Under the pieces are notes generated by a model, which worked only from the letters and a program-made list of their open reading frames with translations, made no database searches and was not told where the DNA came from. Below are positions 41,024 to 53,669 of a DNA stretch of 64,000 nt, one piece after another (position 1 is the stretch's first letter; every line of letters starts with the position of its first letter). The position numbers were made by a program, and so were the translations under genes. Source of the DNA: Chrysomallon squamiferum (lineage: Eukaryota > Animalia > Mollusca); assembly GCA_012295275.1 (NCBI GenBank), contig CM022668.1, positions 9,858,001-9,922,000 of the forward strand. Direction: 5' to 3'.

Positions 41024-41420
41024 CTCTCACTCTTTCGTTCTTCTTTAACTTACAGCTATTATCACTTAAAAATAAAATTGCTGAGCATAACGTTTTAAAT
41101 GAGTATATAATAAAGTAAATATATACTGGTTGAACACAGATAAACCATTCAACTGTAGCAACATAATGTACACAAATAACCTTATAAAAAGCCCATTTAA
41201 AATGTATGAAAAGATATTACCGAAATATGCGCATGTCGTTACGCATGTAATTTTCAAAGAATTATGATAAACAGAAATGTTATTGTCTGGAGAGTGAGAG
41301 AGAGGGGAAAAAACGTCTTAAAAGAATGTTTAAAAGAAGAAAAAAAAAGTACAAGTACGTCTAACTAAATTATGTTGATGAATTTTGAAAAGCCGCAATT
41401 TAATGTCTAACTAACCTAAG

Positions 41421-41498
41421 TTGCTCCCTGGTGCTTCGTTTAACAGCCTGAAGCGCCCCCTGGTGTGCATGTCAGCATGCCTGAAGCGCCCCCTGGGC
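41421..41498. promoter_or_regulatory. Tandem CTCF-like motifs
   Basis: GCGCCCCCTGGTG (41453-41465) and GCGCCCCCTGGGC (41486-41498) inside the direct repeat gcctgaagcgccccctgg. A weaker TGCTCCCTGGTG lies at ~41422. Confidence 0.6.
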
Positions 41499-41766
41499 AC
41501 TTGAATGAGCAGACGGATTAAATTTCCGTAGTCCAGAAAACTGCAATGCATCAGAATTTAAGAAAGAAAAAAAAAATTAATGAATTAAAACTATTAGGGT
41601 GCGAGCATAAATAAGTAAAACGATGAAAACAGTAATTATGGTTGTTTCTGTGAACATGACAGTTTTAAGATATATTCTGTAGAGGAAAGGTTATTTAGTT
41701 TTAGTTTTTATTTTCTTCTGCTCTTATTTCTGATACAATATATATTTATATATTTATTGGTACAGC

Positions 41767-41818
<52 letters not shown>

Positions 41819-42399
41819 ATATTTAATTTGTAAAATTTCCGAAAATAATAATAATAAAAAAAAATAATAAAAATTAAAAATAAATTGTTGTCCTTTTCAT
41901 TTCGTAGTTTTAAATAGTGTCAGATTTCGCTGTCTCCAAATTTGTATGGTTGTGTGTACAAGAATATATTCAGTTGTCTGTTAAGAATAAAGATTTGACT
42001 GCTTTTTTTACTCGGTGATTTCCATATAAAACTGAATGTGTAAACAGTTGTTTTTTTAAAAACCTTGCAGATTTAAATTTCAGATGATACCCCGCTGAGT
42101 GTAATAAAACATTAAAAAGCAGAGCAGACGACGATCAAATAGACTTGCTTAAATGCAAATAAAGGAAGTGAAAGAAAGACAGACAGATTGACAGAGAGAA
42201 AGAGAGACGACAAAATAAATTTGTTTAACTTCAAATAAAAAGAAGCGAGAAAGAACAAGAAAGAGTAACATGCAACTAAATTGTTCAATTTTAATTTCAA
42301 TGAGAGAAAGAGAGAAGTATGGAAAAAGAGAATAAGACAAATGAAGAATTTTTTTTATTTTGTCAACGCACATTACATGTTAAGAGCACACATTGCATA

Positions 42400-42600
42400 T
42401 TAATAGAGCACACAGATATCGTGAGAGTATTTTAATTAGTATACAGAAAGGATGTTCTATTTGCCCATTCCCAGAGAAAGGAGAGCACAAAAAAATTGTG
42501 AATAAACCAGTTGTGAAACAGTGGTTGGATTGGGAAATTACCCAACGGGTGGGTGCACAATACTGGTACAATACGTACTGATGTTAAATACAAGAGCTAC
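42400..42600 (-). mobile_element. Degenerate SINE copy
   Basis: The reverse complement reads cccgttgggtaatttcccaatccaaccactgtttcacaactggtttattc...tctctgggaatgggcaaatagaacatcc...ctaattaaaa. Confidence 0.55.
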
Positions 42601-42670
42601 TTAACACAACTACAAAACAAATACCACGCTGTTATCTTGAAACAGTTTCAACACGATCTTATCATCCTTT

Positions 42671-42706
<36 letters not shown>

Positions 42707-42833
42707 TCCGATTGTGCGGAAACAATATGCCGCAATTAGCTTTAAAAAATCTTGCGATTTTCCACCTTTCGTTTTCTGATTCTATTAAACAACAAATGGC
42801 AAAGTGCAATAATCACGACAAATCAAAAACACA

Positions 42834-42995
42834 AAATAAAATAAAATAAAATAAAATAAAATAAAATAAAATAAAATGAAATAAAATAAAATAAAATGAA
42901 ATGAAATGAAATGAAATGAAATAAAATTAATAAATAAATAAAATAAAATAAAATAAAATAAAAAATAAAAAATTAAAATTAAAATTAAAATTAAA
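42834..42995. repeat. (AAAAT/GAAAT)n pentanucleotide repeat
   Basis: Directly visible. Confidence 0.92.
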
Positions 42996-43342
42996 AAATA
43001 AAGAAAGAAAAAAGAGGGAAAAACCTGACTATTGAATGAATTATCATCTTTTTGGAACCATGCGAAATAGACAACAACAATAAAAACACACACAATAAAA
43101 TAAAATTAAATAAAAATAACAAAAAAAAAAAAAAAAAAAAAAAAAAAGATATACAGATTAAGTAAATTTAGTAAATAAATAACAAAATTATTTTGACATT
43201 TCGTTTTCTTAATATTGTGTGTATGTGTGTGTGTGTTTTTATGTACGCATGCATGCATGCATTAATGTTTGTATGCGTGTGTATCTGTGGGTATTTGTAT
43301 GCGTGTATGTATATAATAATAAATGAAATAAATAATAAATTA

Positions 43343-43404
<62 letters not shown>

Positions 43405-43899
43405 TGCATGTATTAATGGTAGTATGCGTGTGTATCTGTGGGTGTTTGTATGCGAGTATATATTAATAATAAATTAATTAAACATGTATGTATCTATATA
43501 AATAAATTATGTGTGTCTGTATCTGTGTGTGAATATATTATACTGGATGTTAATGTATATACAGATGCATGTGTAAATACGTGAACATGCATACATTTAT
43601 GCGTTTTATACGTATATGTGTATTATATATGTTTAGAAACATAACATTTTATTTCATATTTACTAACTTTAAAGCATATGCCAATAAAAAAAAAAAAATA
43701 ATAAAAAAAATTTAAATTTAAAAAACTAAAAATTAAAAAAAACAAAGAGACAGAAAGAAATAAAGAAAATAAATTTAAAAACTGTATATATCGTTTTCCG
43801 AAAGGGCCAAAAAACAAAACAAAAAAAAAAAAAATACAGAAAAAAAGTTTAACACTGAGTTAATTTATCAGTGTTTGCAAGATTAAAACTCTTGTACGT

Positions 43900-44375
43900 A
43901 ACAATGTAACAGTGCTGACGGCGAAAACGCCCCAGGCAAGAAGCTACTTTCCAGCAAGCTCGTAGAAGTCTAGAACGAAACACCGTGCAGTCAGACGACT
44001 TGTGAAAGGAAGCTTTAACTGTTTATTTTGCTCAACTTACGTCAGGCCGTCTGACCCACCACCCCCTGTCGGGTCAGCGAGTGGGTTCAGCCCGAGAAAT
44101 AGCTTTCACACGTGCTTAGAGCGAGCACTTCGACGCACTGTGGACGATTTCTTCGCGTTAACTCGTTGGAGTTCGGAGGGTTGTATTTTTTAATTCTTCC
44201 TCTCTCTGTCTCTCTCTCTTGGATATATGTGTGTATGCAAGCGTCGGAAACTTTGCATGTCTACTGTTTAACGTAAAGAGGCGCAATGCCCATAAGTTAT
44301 TTAAAAACTTTTGTGGAGGTTTTACCAGCGTCTTTGACGTCAGTTGGAAAATCGGCAAAAAGTGTCGGATCTAGT
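43900..44375 (+). promoter_or_regulatory. CpG-rich promoter / 5' UTR of the second gene
   Basis: CpG-dense stretch with CRE-like TTACGTCA (~44037), CACGTG (~44108) and TGACGTCA (~44335), directly upstream of the signal-peptide exon. Confidence 0.55.
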
Positions 44376-44475
44376 ATGTTGTGTCTGTCAAAAGTGATCT
44401 TCTGGGTGGCGATTTGGCTGGAAATCGCAAAGCCGTCTTTCTCCCAGGGCGCTAGCAGGGACAACAGTTACTCAG
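44376..44475 (+). CDS. First coding exon of a secreted or cell-surface protein: signal peptide MLCLSKVIFWVAIWLEIAKPSFS-QGASRDNSYS
   Basis: ATG in agtATG context (A at -3), a hydrophobic core and an S-F-S cleavage motif. Perfect donor cag|gtaagt, phase 1. It sits at the CpG-rich to CpG-poor transition. An in-frame upstream ATG exists at 44286. Confidence 0.7.
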
Positions 44476-45036
44476 GTAAGTAATTACACTTAAAAATAAA
44501 ACCTGTATCGGTTCCGTAGTTTGAAGATTTTTAATTCTCTCCTTTTCATTTTTTCTTTCTACAGTCTGCACCCACCCCTGTCATCTCTCCCCCAATAATC
44601 TTTTAATGACGTCTGCATCCGAGTCGCTTTATACACTGTGTTGACAAAATGTAAACTGTCATGTATCATCTGCGCCGTAACAGAAGAAATGGGGAAAAAT
44701 AAAAAAATAAAAAGTTTGACAACTTTTTTTTTCTCTTTATCACCTGTCTTTCCTTTATTTCCAACCTGTCGGTCGACTTGTCCACACATCGCACTGGAAT
44801 CGTGCAGAAATTCGTCTGATTTTCCGTCTCTCTGTCACATCTGAGTTTCATTTTTTTTTCTGTGTTAAATATTTTCATTGACCTACCTTTTTTTTAAATT
44901 TTTTTTTCTCTCGTCAAGTTGTGAATAGAGAATAGAAATAGCTACATTCAATTTGTTACACTTACAGTCTGTCCAATGCGGCTTCACGCAGAGATGGGTC
45001 GTTAGGGAATACCTTGTACACTGTAAATGGCTAACA

Positions 45037-45080
<44 letters not shown>

Positions 45081-47139
45081 GGCCAGAGACAAACACTGCG
45101 TTAAAATTATAACACTGCTTTTTAAAATAGTCAGAATCACTTGAGAATAACCATTTAAAAAAATTATAAAGAAGATGCTAATTTGTAATCTTCAGTTTCG
45201 GAGACACTACCCCCTTTTTAAAAATACCTGGAACAGGTCCTTTGTAGCTTTCTCAGTACATGTGATTTAGAGACAGAGAGAAAAAGGAATACACAGATGT
45301 GTTTTTGTATTACAGGAAAATTGGAACAAATGATGTAAAAAATATAATTATTATATGATATATAATATTCAGTACGAAATATTATCATCTTTTAATTTTT
45401 ATTTAAATTTGTCAATATTAGTCTCTATTTGTCATATATTTCTTTCTGTATGTATGTGTTTGGCTGTCTGTCTATTTGTGTGTCTGGATATCTTTCTGTA
45501 TATTTATCGTTGTACTTCTGAAGGAAACAATATCATTTATATATATGTCATGTATGTGTGTATGACTAACAGCTTTGTTGGCTCAGCATATATATGTAAT
45601 AAGGACACTTGGACTGCAAATAGGACAAACTTCTTATAAAAGTACACAAGCAGTTTGTTATATCTTAAATTTACAAAAACTTTCAGTTAAAGATACTGAA
45701 TAATAATCTCAATATGAATGTTTTGAAATTTCAGCGATTAGTTTTTAAATTATTTGCTTTTGGGGTTTTATATGTGATGTTTAATTACTTTGTTCTGTAG
45801 TGAAAAAAAACAACAATTTGATGTATCAGAACCCTATATTCCTGCTAAATTCACCAGCTACCCTACTCTTTTTAAATCAACCAGCTTTCCTACTACCCAT
45901 AATTCTACCACCCCATTCTCCATAACCCCACCACCCCATAGTTGATCATACTCAACTCTGTATTTTGGTCACCTAGAATTAATTGTGAATTATTTTCATT
46001 GAATCTCATATTTATGTTGTATATATTATTTTGCTTCTGTGTATTTAATAACTGTATGTTGCTATTTAATCTTGTTTTTCTTTGTCATCAGAATACAGGC
46101 CATTGCTGTGTAGAAAAACAATTTATTTATTTTCATTGTGTTTTATTAACCCAGGTCATACTATAAGTATAACTATATATATATATATATATACATATAC
46201 ACATACATATAAGGCAGGCACCATGCCCAGTGAATTAAGTATGAAAAATTAAGCAGAATGTAGTTGCTTGTTCCTGTGTTTGAAATGTAAGATGTTTTTA
46301 CAAAGGTCATCAGGTTTCACACCTGTTAGGTATTCAATGAAATACCTGCTTCTGCTTGTAACAGAGATACTTCACCCCTCCAAAAATAAACATTCTTAAA
46401 TCTTAAAATAGATGATTAAATAAATTGATAACATGTAAACCTCCTTGATATTAACTCCTAAAACTTTGATATTTGTTTTGTCAGTCTGTCTTTATGTCGC
46501 TCACTGTCTTTATGTCATTTAAGAGAAAATATGAATAATATATTTTAATTATACAATATTAAACAATTATTGAATTACTAATTTTGTTATAATATTTCAA
46601 AAAGGTAAAGGAAAATACTTTTTAATATATGTCTGAAGGAAATGAAAAAAAAAAAAAAAAACGTTGACATAAAAACCACAGCAGCAATAACAAAACAAAA
46701 ACACACCTTCAAAAATTCTACAAGCTCACTAAAAAAAGAGGAAAAAAAAATCATCTATATATATATATAAAAAAAAACCCACCAACCTAATCATATATAT
46801 AAAATGGAAAATGTTTCTTTAAAGTACAGTCTATCTGAGAAGTTTACTTTTTTATGTATAAGAACAGAATTTCAAAGAGACAACTGTTATGGAACTCTTG
46901 GTTTGTTTTTTTAAACAGTGTATTCTTGATATATCATTTCATATGTTTGTTATAAGTATTTACCTCACAGCATGTTGTCCATTACAACATATTTATCAAC
47001 CAGCTTGATAGACATTATGCTTATCAGTTGAAAAACTTCCAGAAGATATGCTTTTCTTTGCTTTCACCATCTACTTCAGGATTCTGGTATTATCTATCAA
47101 ATGTACTTTTGCTCTTCTGTTAACTATGCATTTTTTTAA

Positions 47140-47184
<45 letters not shown>

Positions 47185-48169
47185 ATTTTGTGGTGGTTTT
47201 AATGAATTTTATAAAACTATAATAAATAAATATTTAATAGTTGTTTATTTTTTTTTAAAAATATATACATTTTATGTATTAAGAAATACTCTAACATACT
47301 GTTAATACATTTTCTAAAATGTTACAAATATGTATTAAAATATGCTGAAATAATTATAATTATTTTTATACAATTATAATAAAAATGCATTAAAATATAC
47401 TATGATACTGTTTGTGTGTATTTTTTTTTTTTTTTTTTAAATTCCTCAGCTATAATGTATATGCTTAGAAGTTATAAAGACTACAGAGTATTGTATATAT
47501 GTGCATGTGCATTTGTTTATATACAACTGTATGTATGTTTAAAAAAATAAAGATACTTTTTGAATATCTAAATGTGTACCTTATGGTGTATTTAATAAAG
47601 TCTATTTTAGGATAGCATATTTTTAAATATTTGAGACTGTATAGCAATATATTTTTAATGCTTATGTACATTATGTAGGTATCTGGTTTCAGCTCACAGA
47701 AAAGAGAAGTACTGTTGACAGAACATGTATAAGAAACTGCAGGGTGTATCATTGCTTTTAAAACATGTCTGAAAGAAATTTAAAATAGCTGTAAACAGAA
47801 GATAAAAGTTTAATTTGAATATGTTTTGTTTAGTTAAAACCCAGACTGTCATGTTTCAAGTGTGAAATATTTATATTAAAGCTTGTTTGTCCAGTGTAAT
47901 GGTGTGAAATACTTTACTGTTTTATTATTTGTCATAGTTTGAATGACGTTTTCAAAACTCTAATCCACTGATTCTGTTACAAGAAATGATGCACTGTTGA
48001 GTTGAAATTCTGAATGTTTAAATTACAGTTATACAGAGTCATAAGTAAGATTAATGACCACATAGGTAATGATATATGAAACCAGAACCTTCATAGAATT
48101 AACTTCTTATTTTTGCTTTTTTTTTTTTTTTAATTAACTGTAAGGATTGTCTGTCTGAGCTTTCCCACA

Positions 48170-48395
48170 GACATGAAATAACAAACCCCAGTATTTGATG
48201 TATTATGTACTTTTCAGTCAATGGGAGGGTTGTTGTTAAAGACATTTTGATGCTAATAAAAAGAATAGCCCACTGTGCAGTGATTACATGCTTTCTTCCT
48301 TAGATCATCATCAGCAGACAAGTAACAATATAACTGACATGTAACAATATTTTGTGAAATATGCTGAGCTGGTGTTAAACATTTGTTCATTCATT
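48170..48395 (+). mobile_element. Degenerate SINE 3' part
   Basis: gatgctaataaaaagaatagcccactgtgcagtg...aaatatgctgagctggtgttaaaca..ttcattcatt tail. Confidence 0.55.
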
Positions 48396-48991
48396 TTCTC
48401 AGTATATCATTATAAAATATTTTAAGCTTAATACAAAAGTACACTGTTAGCCATTCATTTAAAATAGTTAAAATTTTATACTACACTTTCATCTCTGTTC
48501 TTATTCACACACACTTGTATTATTAATAATAAATGAAAATCAATTTGTAAATCAGAATTTAATTCCATACACAGAAAGAACAGCATTATCTATTTACCTG
48601 TATGACAAAAACTTGCACAGGTATTATATATAAGTACAGGTATTGTATATAAATATAACCGCAGGTATGAATGGACATTTCCCCAGACTAATCCAATCAG
48701 TTATTTATATAGGGGTGTAAGGTTGTCTGTTCAGACACACAGCTGATCAAAGTAGGGCTTCAAAGAGGTTAAAAGGTTTTAAAATAAATAGTCTGAATTG
48801 GTAAGAAAGACTAAGTTTTTTTTATAGTTGTATAAATAGAGATTTGCTCATACAAAAAAACATGGCCTCATGCACATCGAAGACTTTAATTAACCTTTCA
48901 CAAACAGATTTACTTTGGTAAACAAATTGAATTCACAAGATTATTTACCTTTGTCAATGGAGTTGTATTGGCTATTTCTGTCTGTTTGCAG

Positions 48992-49027
48992 ATCTTAGCA
49001 ATAAATTGGCATTTGACTGCCCGAAAG
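48992..49027 (+). CDS. 36-nt phase 1-1 micro-exon of the second gene (DLSNKLAFDCPK)
   Basis: Acceptor tttctgtctgtttgcag| and donor aag|gtaaag. In frame with 44475 (G|AT) with no stops. Confidence 0.6.
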
Positions 49028-50299
49028 GTAAAGCTCTTTGTAGATACACAGGCCTGACTGTAGAAACCTACAGTAGACTTGTAGTTGCATACATAGGTAG
49101 AATGCAGGAAAACTTGTAATTACCTACACAGAAATGCAGGTAAACTTGAAGTACACACACAGAAGTAGATCTACGTAGATATACACAGACATATGCAAAC
49201 AGACTCACATGTACACACTAATACACATAGTTACTCCCAGAGACATGCATACAACTGTACACATAACAGAACATTAAGTTAATGTTTGAAGTACATGTAC
49301 AAGTAAATAGCAGATACATATACAATGATAAAATACAAATTACACATTGGTAGATGCTGATAAAGCATAGTTAATGTTGAGTGTATTCTGAGAGGAATGC
49401 CTGACTAACAGAAAAATACAACAGATAACATGCATCCATAATAGCAAACTTCAGTAAATACAGTTCAGAAGTGTTTTGAAGATGGACTTAAGCACAATTT
49501 AACATTTTTTTATTTTAATAAATATATATATATATTTATTTTATATTCTATTGCTATATATAAAATATAGCTGTTATATTGAGGTATGTTGAAAAAATAG
49601 TTCAGTTTTCTCCACTCTTATCATCTTATTATTCCTGGAGGAGTCTGGATCTGCTATTGTAATTAATTTTTCATCATGTAGGTGACCTCTGACCTGGGTT
49701 TATTTTTGTTGAAAGTTTCAGGCCTGAGTGATATAGCAGAAGTCTGTAAGATGGGTGTGGTCTGCTGGCATATTTTTATTTTTATTTTACTCTTCCAAGT
49801 AAGAATCACATGAATCATATCAATTCAGGTGTGAAATATCATTTTTAATATATGCAAATGTTAATTAAATAAGACGAATTTATCTATGACAGCCTGCATA
49901 AAAATGCCACTTTATAAAAACAGTAATTAAATGATTAAGTAAGATATTACTGTTAGTTGTATCATGCAATTACTGTCGCACAGTTGTTATTCCAACTCGT
50001 GCCGTTGCCACTACTATTACTGAAATGTTTGACAGGTTATGAAATTTTTACAACTACGTTAATCTTTTGCATTATGGCTTCCTGTTATTTTGTTTGACAC
50101 TGGTGTATTATAAAATTTTCTCTACATTTGGTTTCAACTTCTCCAGTGCACTCGGAGTTGAAAAGTCAGAAAGTCGAAGCTCAAGTGGCGGAAGTCGTTG
50201 ATTAACTTTCTAGACCGTAATCTTTCTCCGAGACCTGTAACCTCAAACAAATAAATAGTTTGTTAATAGAACAACCTGCCAGTTAGTTAAATAATACAG

Positions 50300-50770
50300 T
50301 CTGTTTTCTATTGTTACAGCTAGTACACTCTGTTTTCTACTGTTTGTAGCTAGTATACTATGTGTTCTACTGTTTGTAGCTAGTATACTATGTGTTCTAC
50401 TGTTTGTAGCTAGTATACTATGTTTTCTACTGTTTGTAGCTAGTAGACTATGTTGTCTATTGTTTGTAGCTAGTAGACTGTTGTCTATTGTTTGTAGCTA
50501 GTATACTATGTGTTCTACTGTTTGTAGCTAGTAGACTATGTTGTCTATTGTTTGCAGCTAGTAGACTGTTTTCTACTGTTTATAGCTAGTAGACAATGTT
50601 TTCTACTGTTACATCTAGTGTATTTGTTTTCTGCTGTTACAACTAGTAAAGTTGTTTGCTACTCTTATGACTAGTTCTGTTTTCTTTTTTACAAATTGGA
50701 CAATATTTTCTACTCCTATAACTAGCATAGACTGTTTTCTTCTGTCACAGCTGTACAGTGTGTATTTGTT
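50300..50770. repeat. 30-bp minisatellite (tgtttgtagctagtatactatgtgttctac), ~10 good copies plus a decayed tail
   Basis: Directly visible. Confidence 0.95.
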
Positions 50771-51094
50771 TTCAGTAGATTTAAAAATCCCAGCAAAACA
50801 GTGTATGTGGAAGTAACACCAATACAACCATACACATGTACCTTCCTAAAAACACAAAATTCACAAAACAGGAAAGGAAAAACTGATAAAAGCCGACAAC
50901 AAACCAAAAAAATATTTTAATAAAATAATAATAATAATATCCTTGACAGATCCTTCTTATATCCCAGAGAGGACCCCTTTTACACCCATAGGCTAAACTG
51001 ATTATTTGATCGTTTGCACATTCTGTACATCTCCGTTTCATATCAAACTATAATGGGACATCATATTTCTGACCAGTCGATTGTTTTCTTTCAG

Positions 51095-51151
51095 CCCGAT
51101 CACCTTTGACCTCTGTCCGAGAGCCATGTTTTCAGTGTCCACAGGTCGGAA
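51095..51151 (+). CDS. Possible 57-nt phase 1-1 exon (ARSPLTSVREPCFQCPQVG)
   Basis: Branch-like ctgac, then ttgttttctttcag| acceptor and gaa|gtatgt donor, in frame. It could instead be an enhancer (it contains DR1-like motifs). Confidence 0.25.
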
Positions 51152-52454
51152 GTATGTTTTTCTTTTGTCCAGCCGTTTCTTGACCCTTTGTTCGTAAATG
51201 GGTCATTCGGCATAATAATGCAAAGAAAATATTATCTTGGTCACCCGTGGTTGGCACTGTATAAGAAGAATAATGTGTGAACAAATTGATTTGATGACCC
51301 CAAAGAAAGAATCACTGAATATTTGCTTAGCAACGTGAACACCTTAAAAAAAGGAATGTCTGTATGTATGTGATATTTTGAAAAAAGTAGTTGCTGATCA
51401 TAAGGAAATTGGTTAAAAATAACAAATTCGGTTTATAAAAATATTGGGAAAGAATATTTAAAAAGTAATGGCTTGAAATGAAATATTTTGTGTAAATAAG
51501 TAAAAGGTAACTAAAATATTTAATAAGTAAAACTTGTAGCTAATAATAAAATACTTTTATTTACAAAGTAATAGCTAAATAAAGATATTTTGTAAAGAAA
51601 ACTAATGGCTGAAAACATTTTATAAATAGCTAAATGTAGAATATATTAATGAGAAAAGTAATGGATAGAATTAGGAAAGAAAAAAAAAAAAAAAAAAAAA
51701 AAAAAATGATAGAAAAAAAAGACATTCTATAATAAATCACTTTTTAAAATAATTTATGTGGTAAAAATAAGTAAAACTTAAAAGAAGGTATTTTACATTC
51801 TTAAAGTTTTATTTAGAAGAAAAGTATTCAGTAACACTAACAACATTTATTAAAATAATTAAATGCAGCTGCACATAATTACACCTTTTTTTCATCATCA
51901 AATATGAAAAAGAAGAAAGAACTTGGGTTTCAAAGTTCTTCAGATTTTCAGTCACATGTTATTAAGCAGTGTAAGAAAAAGTGATTTTTGAGTGGTGTTT
52001 GCCCCTGTCACCTGTCACAGTTAAGCTTGGTTTTATCTTGGTAACTTGACATCACAACTGTGATTCTGTCTGGCTTTGTATTGTGTGTCTGCCCTGCACA
52101 CACACACACTGTCTGGCAGAGGTGTGATAAACACACTGTCATGTATACTGCGACAGACAGAAATAAGTCTGCCTTCAGCACATTAATAAAAAGACATCAC
52201 AACTCATATAATGTGATAAAAGTTACCATTCCTGGAATGATTAAAAAAATAAAAATAAATAAATAAAATATCACTTATGTCTGTGCGATAACAGTCTAAT
52301 AAATTTATTTTTCTTCATGATAAAAATAACTTTATCGCATTATATATAACTAAAAATTAAATAATTGAGCAAATTAAAAACTAACCACTGGTGAAAAATA
52401 GGTTAGAATATTCTTGTTTACCAGGGAAAAAAAAAAATAGAGAGAGAGGGAGAG

Positions 52455-52560
52455 AGGAGTGCATACCACAGTGTTTGATAAACCTGCCTGGACTATGGTG
52501 GGATAAAAAATAATATCTGTTAGATTTGATCTTGTGACCTATCACACCTCAGACCTGCAC
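52455..52560 (-). mobile_element. SINE 5' fragment
   Basis: tttgatcttgtgacctatcacacctcag is the reverse complement of ctgaggtgtgataggtcacatgatcaaa at ~57567 (one mismatch). It is preceded by cataccacagtgtttgataaacc. Confidence 0.6.
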
Positions 52561-52793
52561 TAAATTAAACTTACCCTTCTTGTATCAGACTTGATGATAA
52601 GACACTGATGTTAGCTGCTTCTTCAGTCTGGGATAAGATTAATTTGATGACAGGCAAATCCATAAAGTAAATATTTTATGTTAATGTACAGATTTACATG
52701 TAGACAGAGCACTGTTAGTAATTAGGTCAAAGGTGTGACAGGTTGTCAGACAACATCTCACTAGTGGAATAAAGAGATTGTTGAATTTCTGGT

Positions 52794-52826
<33 letters not shown>

Positions 52827-53503
52827 GGATAGACAGACAGATAGATAGATAGATGATTAAAAAAGAAAAAATGAAATTACATAAAAATGAAAGTGTTCAA
52901 AGGAAAAAAAAAAATAAAAGTTAAAAAAGAAGGACCTAACAAGATTTTTGAAATATATGAACAAAAGTAACTGATAATAATGAGTAGGAATAATACATTA
53001 ATGTGAAACAGCACTGAACGTTGTAAGAGACTGAAATTCAGTTCTAAATGTTTGTAGAAATGATTGTGAAATAACTTCAAAGTGAGAACAAATGAGATAT
53101 CCCATCCTGATATAGCAGTTCTAACAATGACACTGTTGAGTGAATCCATGCCTTAATTTATGTTAATTTCAATTCATAAAAATGTCATTTTATGTATCAT
53201 TATCATGTTTTCATTGTTTTTACATTTCATGCCCTTCATCATGGTCAAGACAAGCAGGTGAAACAAACATGTAGAAAACATTTAAGTGTGTAATTTATTA
53301 TTATCTTGACACTGGACAGTAACAGATAGGTGTGACAAAACATATAACAATAACAAAACAACTCTTTTCTCTCCCATACTCCAGAATTAAGCTCATTTCT
53401 GTATGTCACCATCATAAGTGACAAGAACAGCAAGCAACAGTTTTTATTCTCAAATACAGTTCAATACATAATATTTACATTTATAAAGTATGCCGTATGT
53501 GTT

Positions 53504-53561
<58 letters not shown>

Positions 53562-53638
53562 TGAATATGTGTAAATGATGTTGACTGTATGTTTGTCCTT
53601 GTGTGTGTAGTTGTGTTTGAATATGTGTGTGTGTGTGG

Positions 53639-53669
<31 letters not shown>

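Noticed and set aside
40605-43480. Small local duplications (40605-40714; 43245-43480)
   Set aside because: Ordinary slippage duplications in low-complexity DNA.
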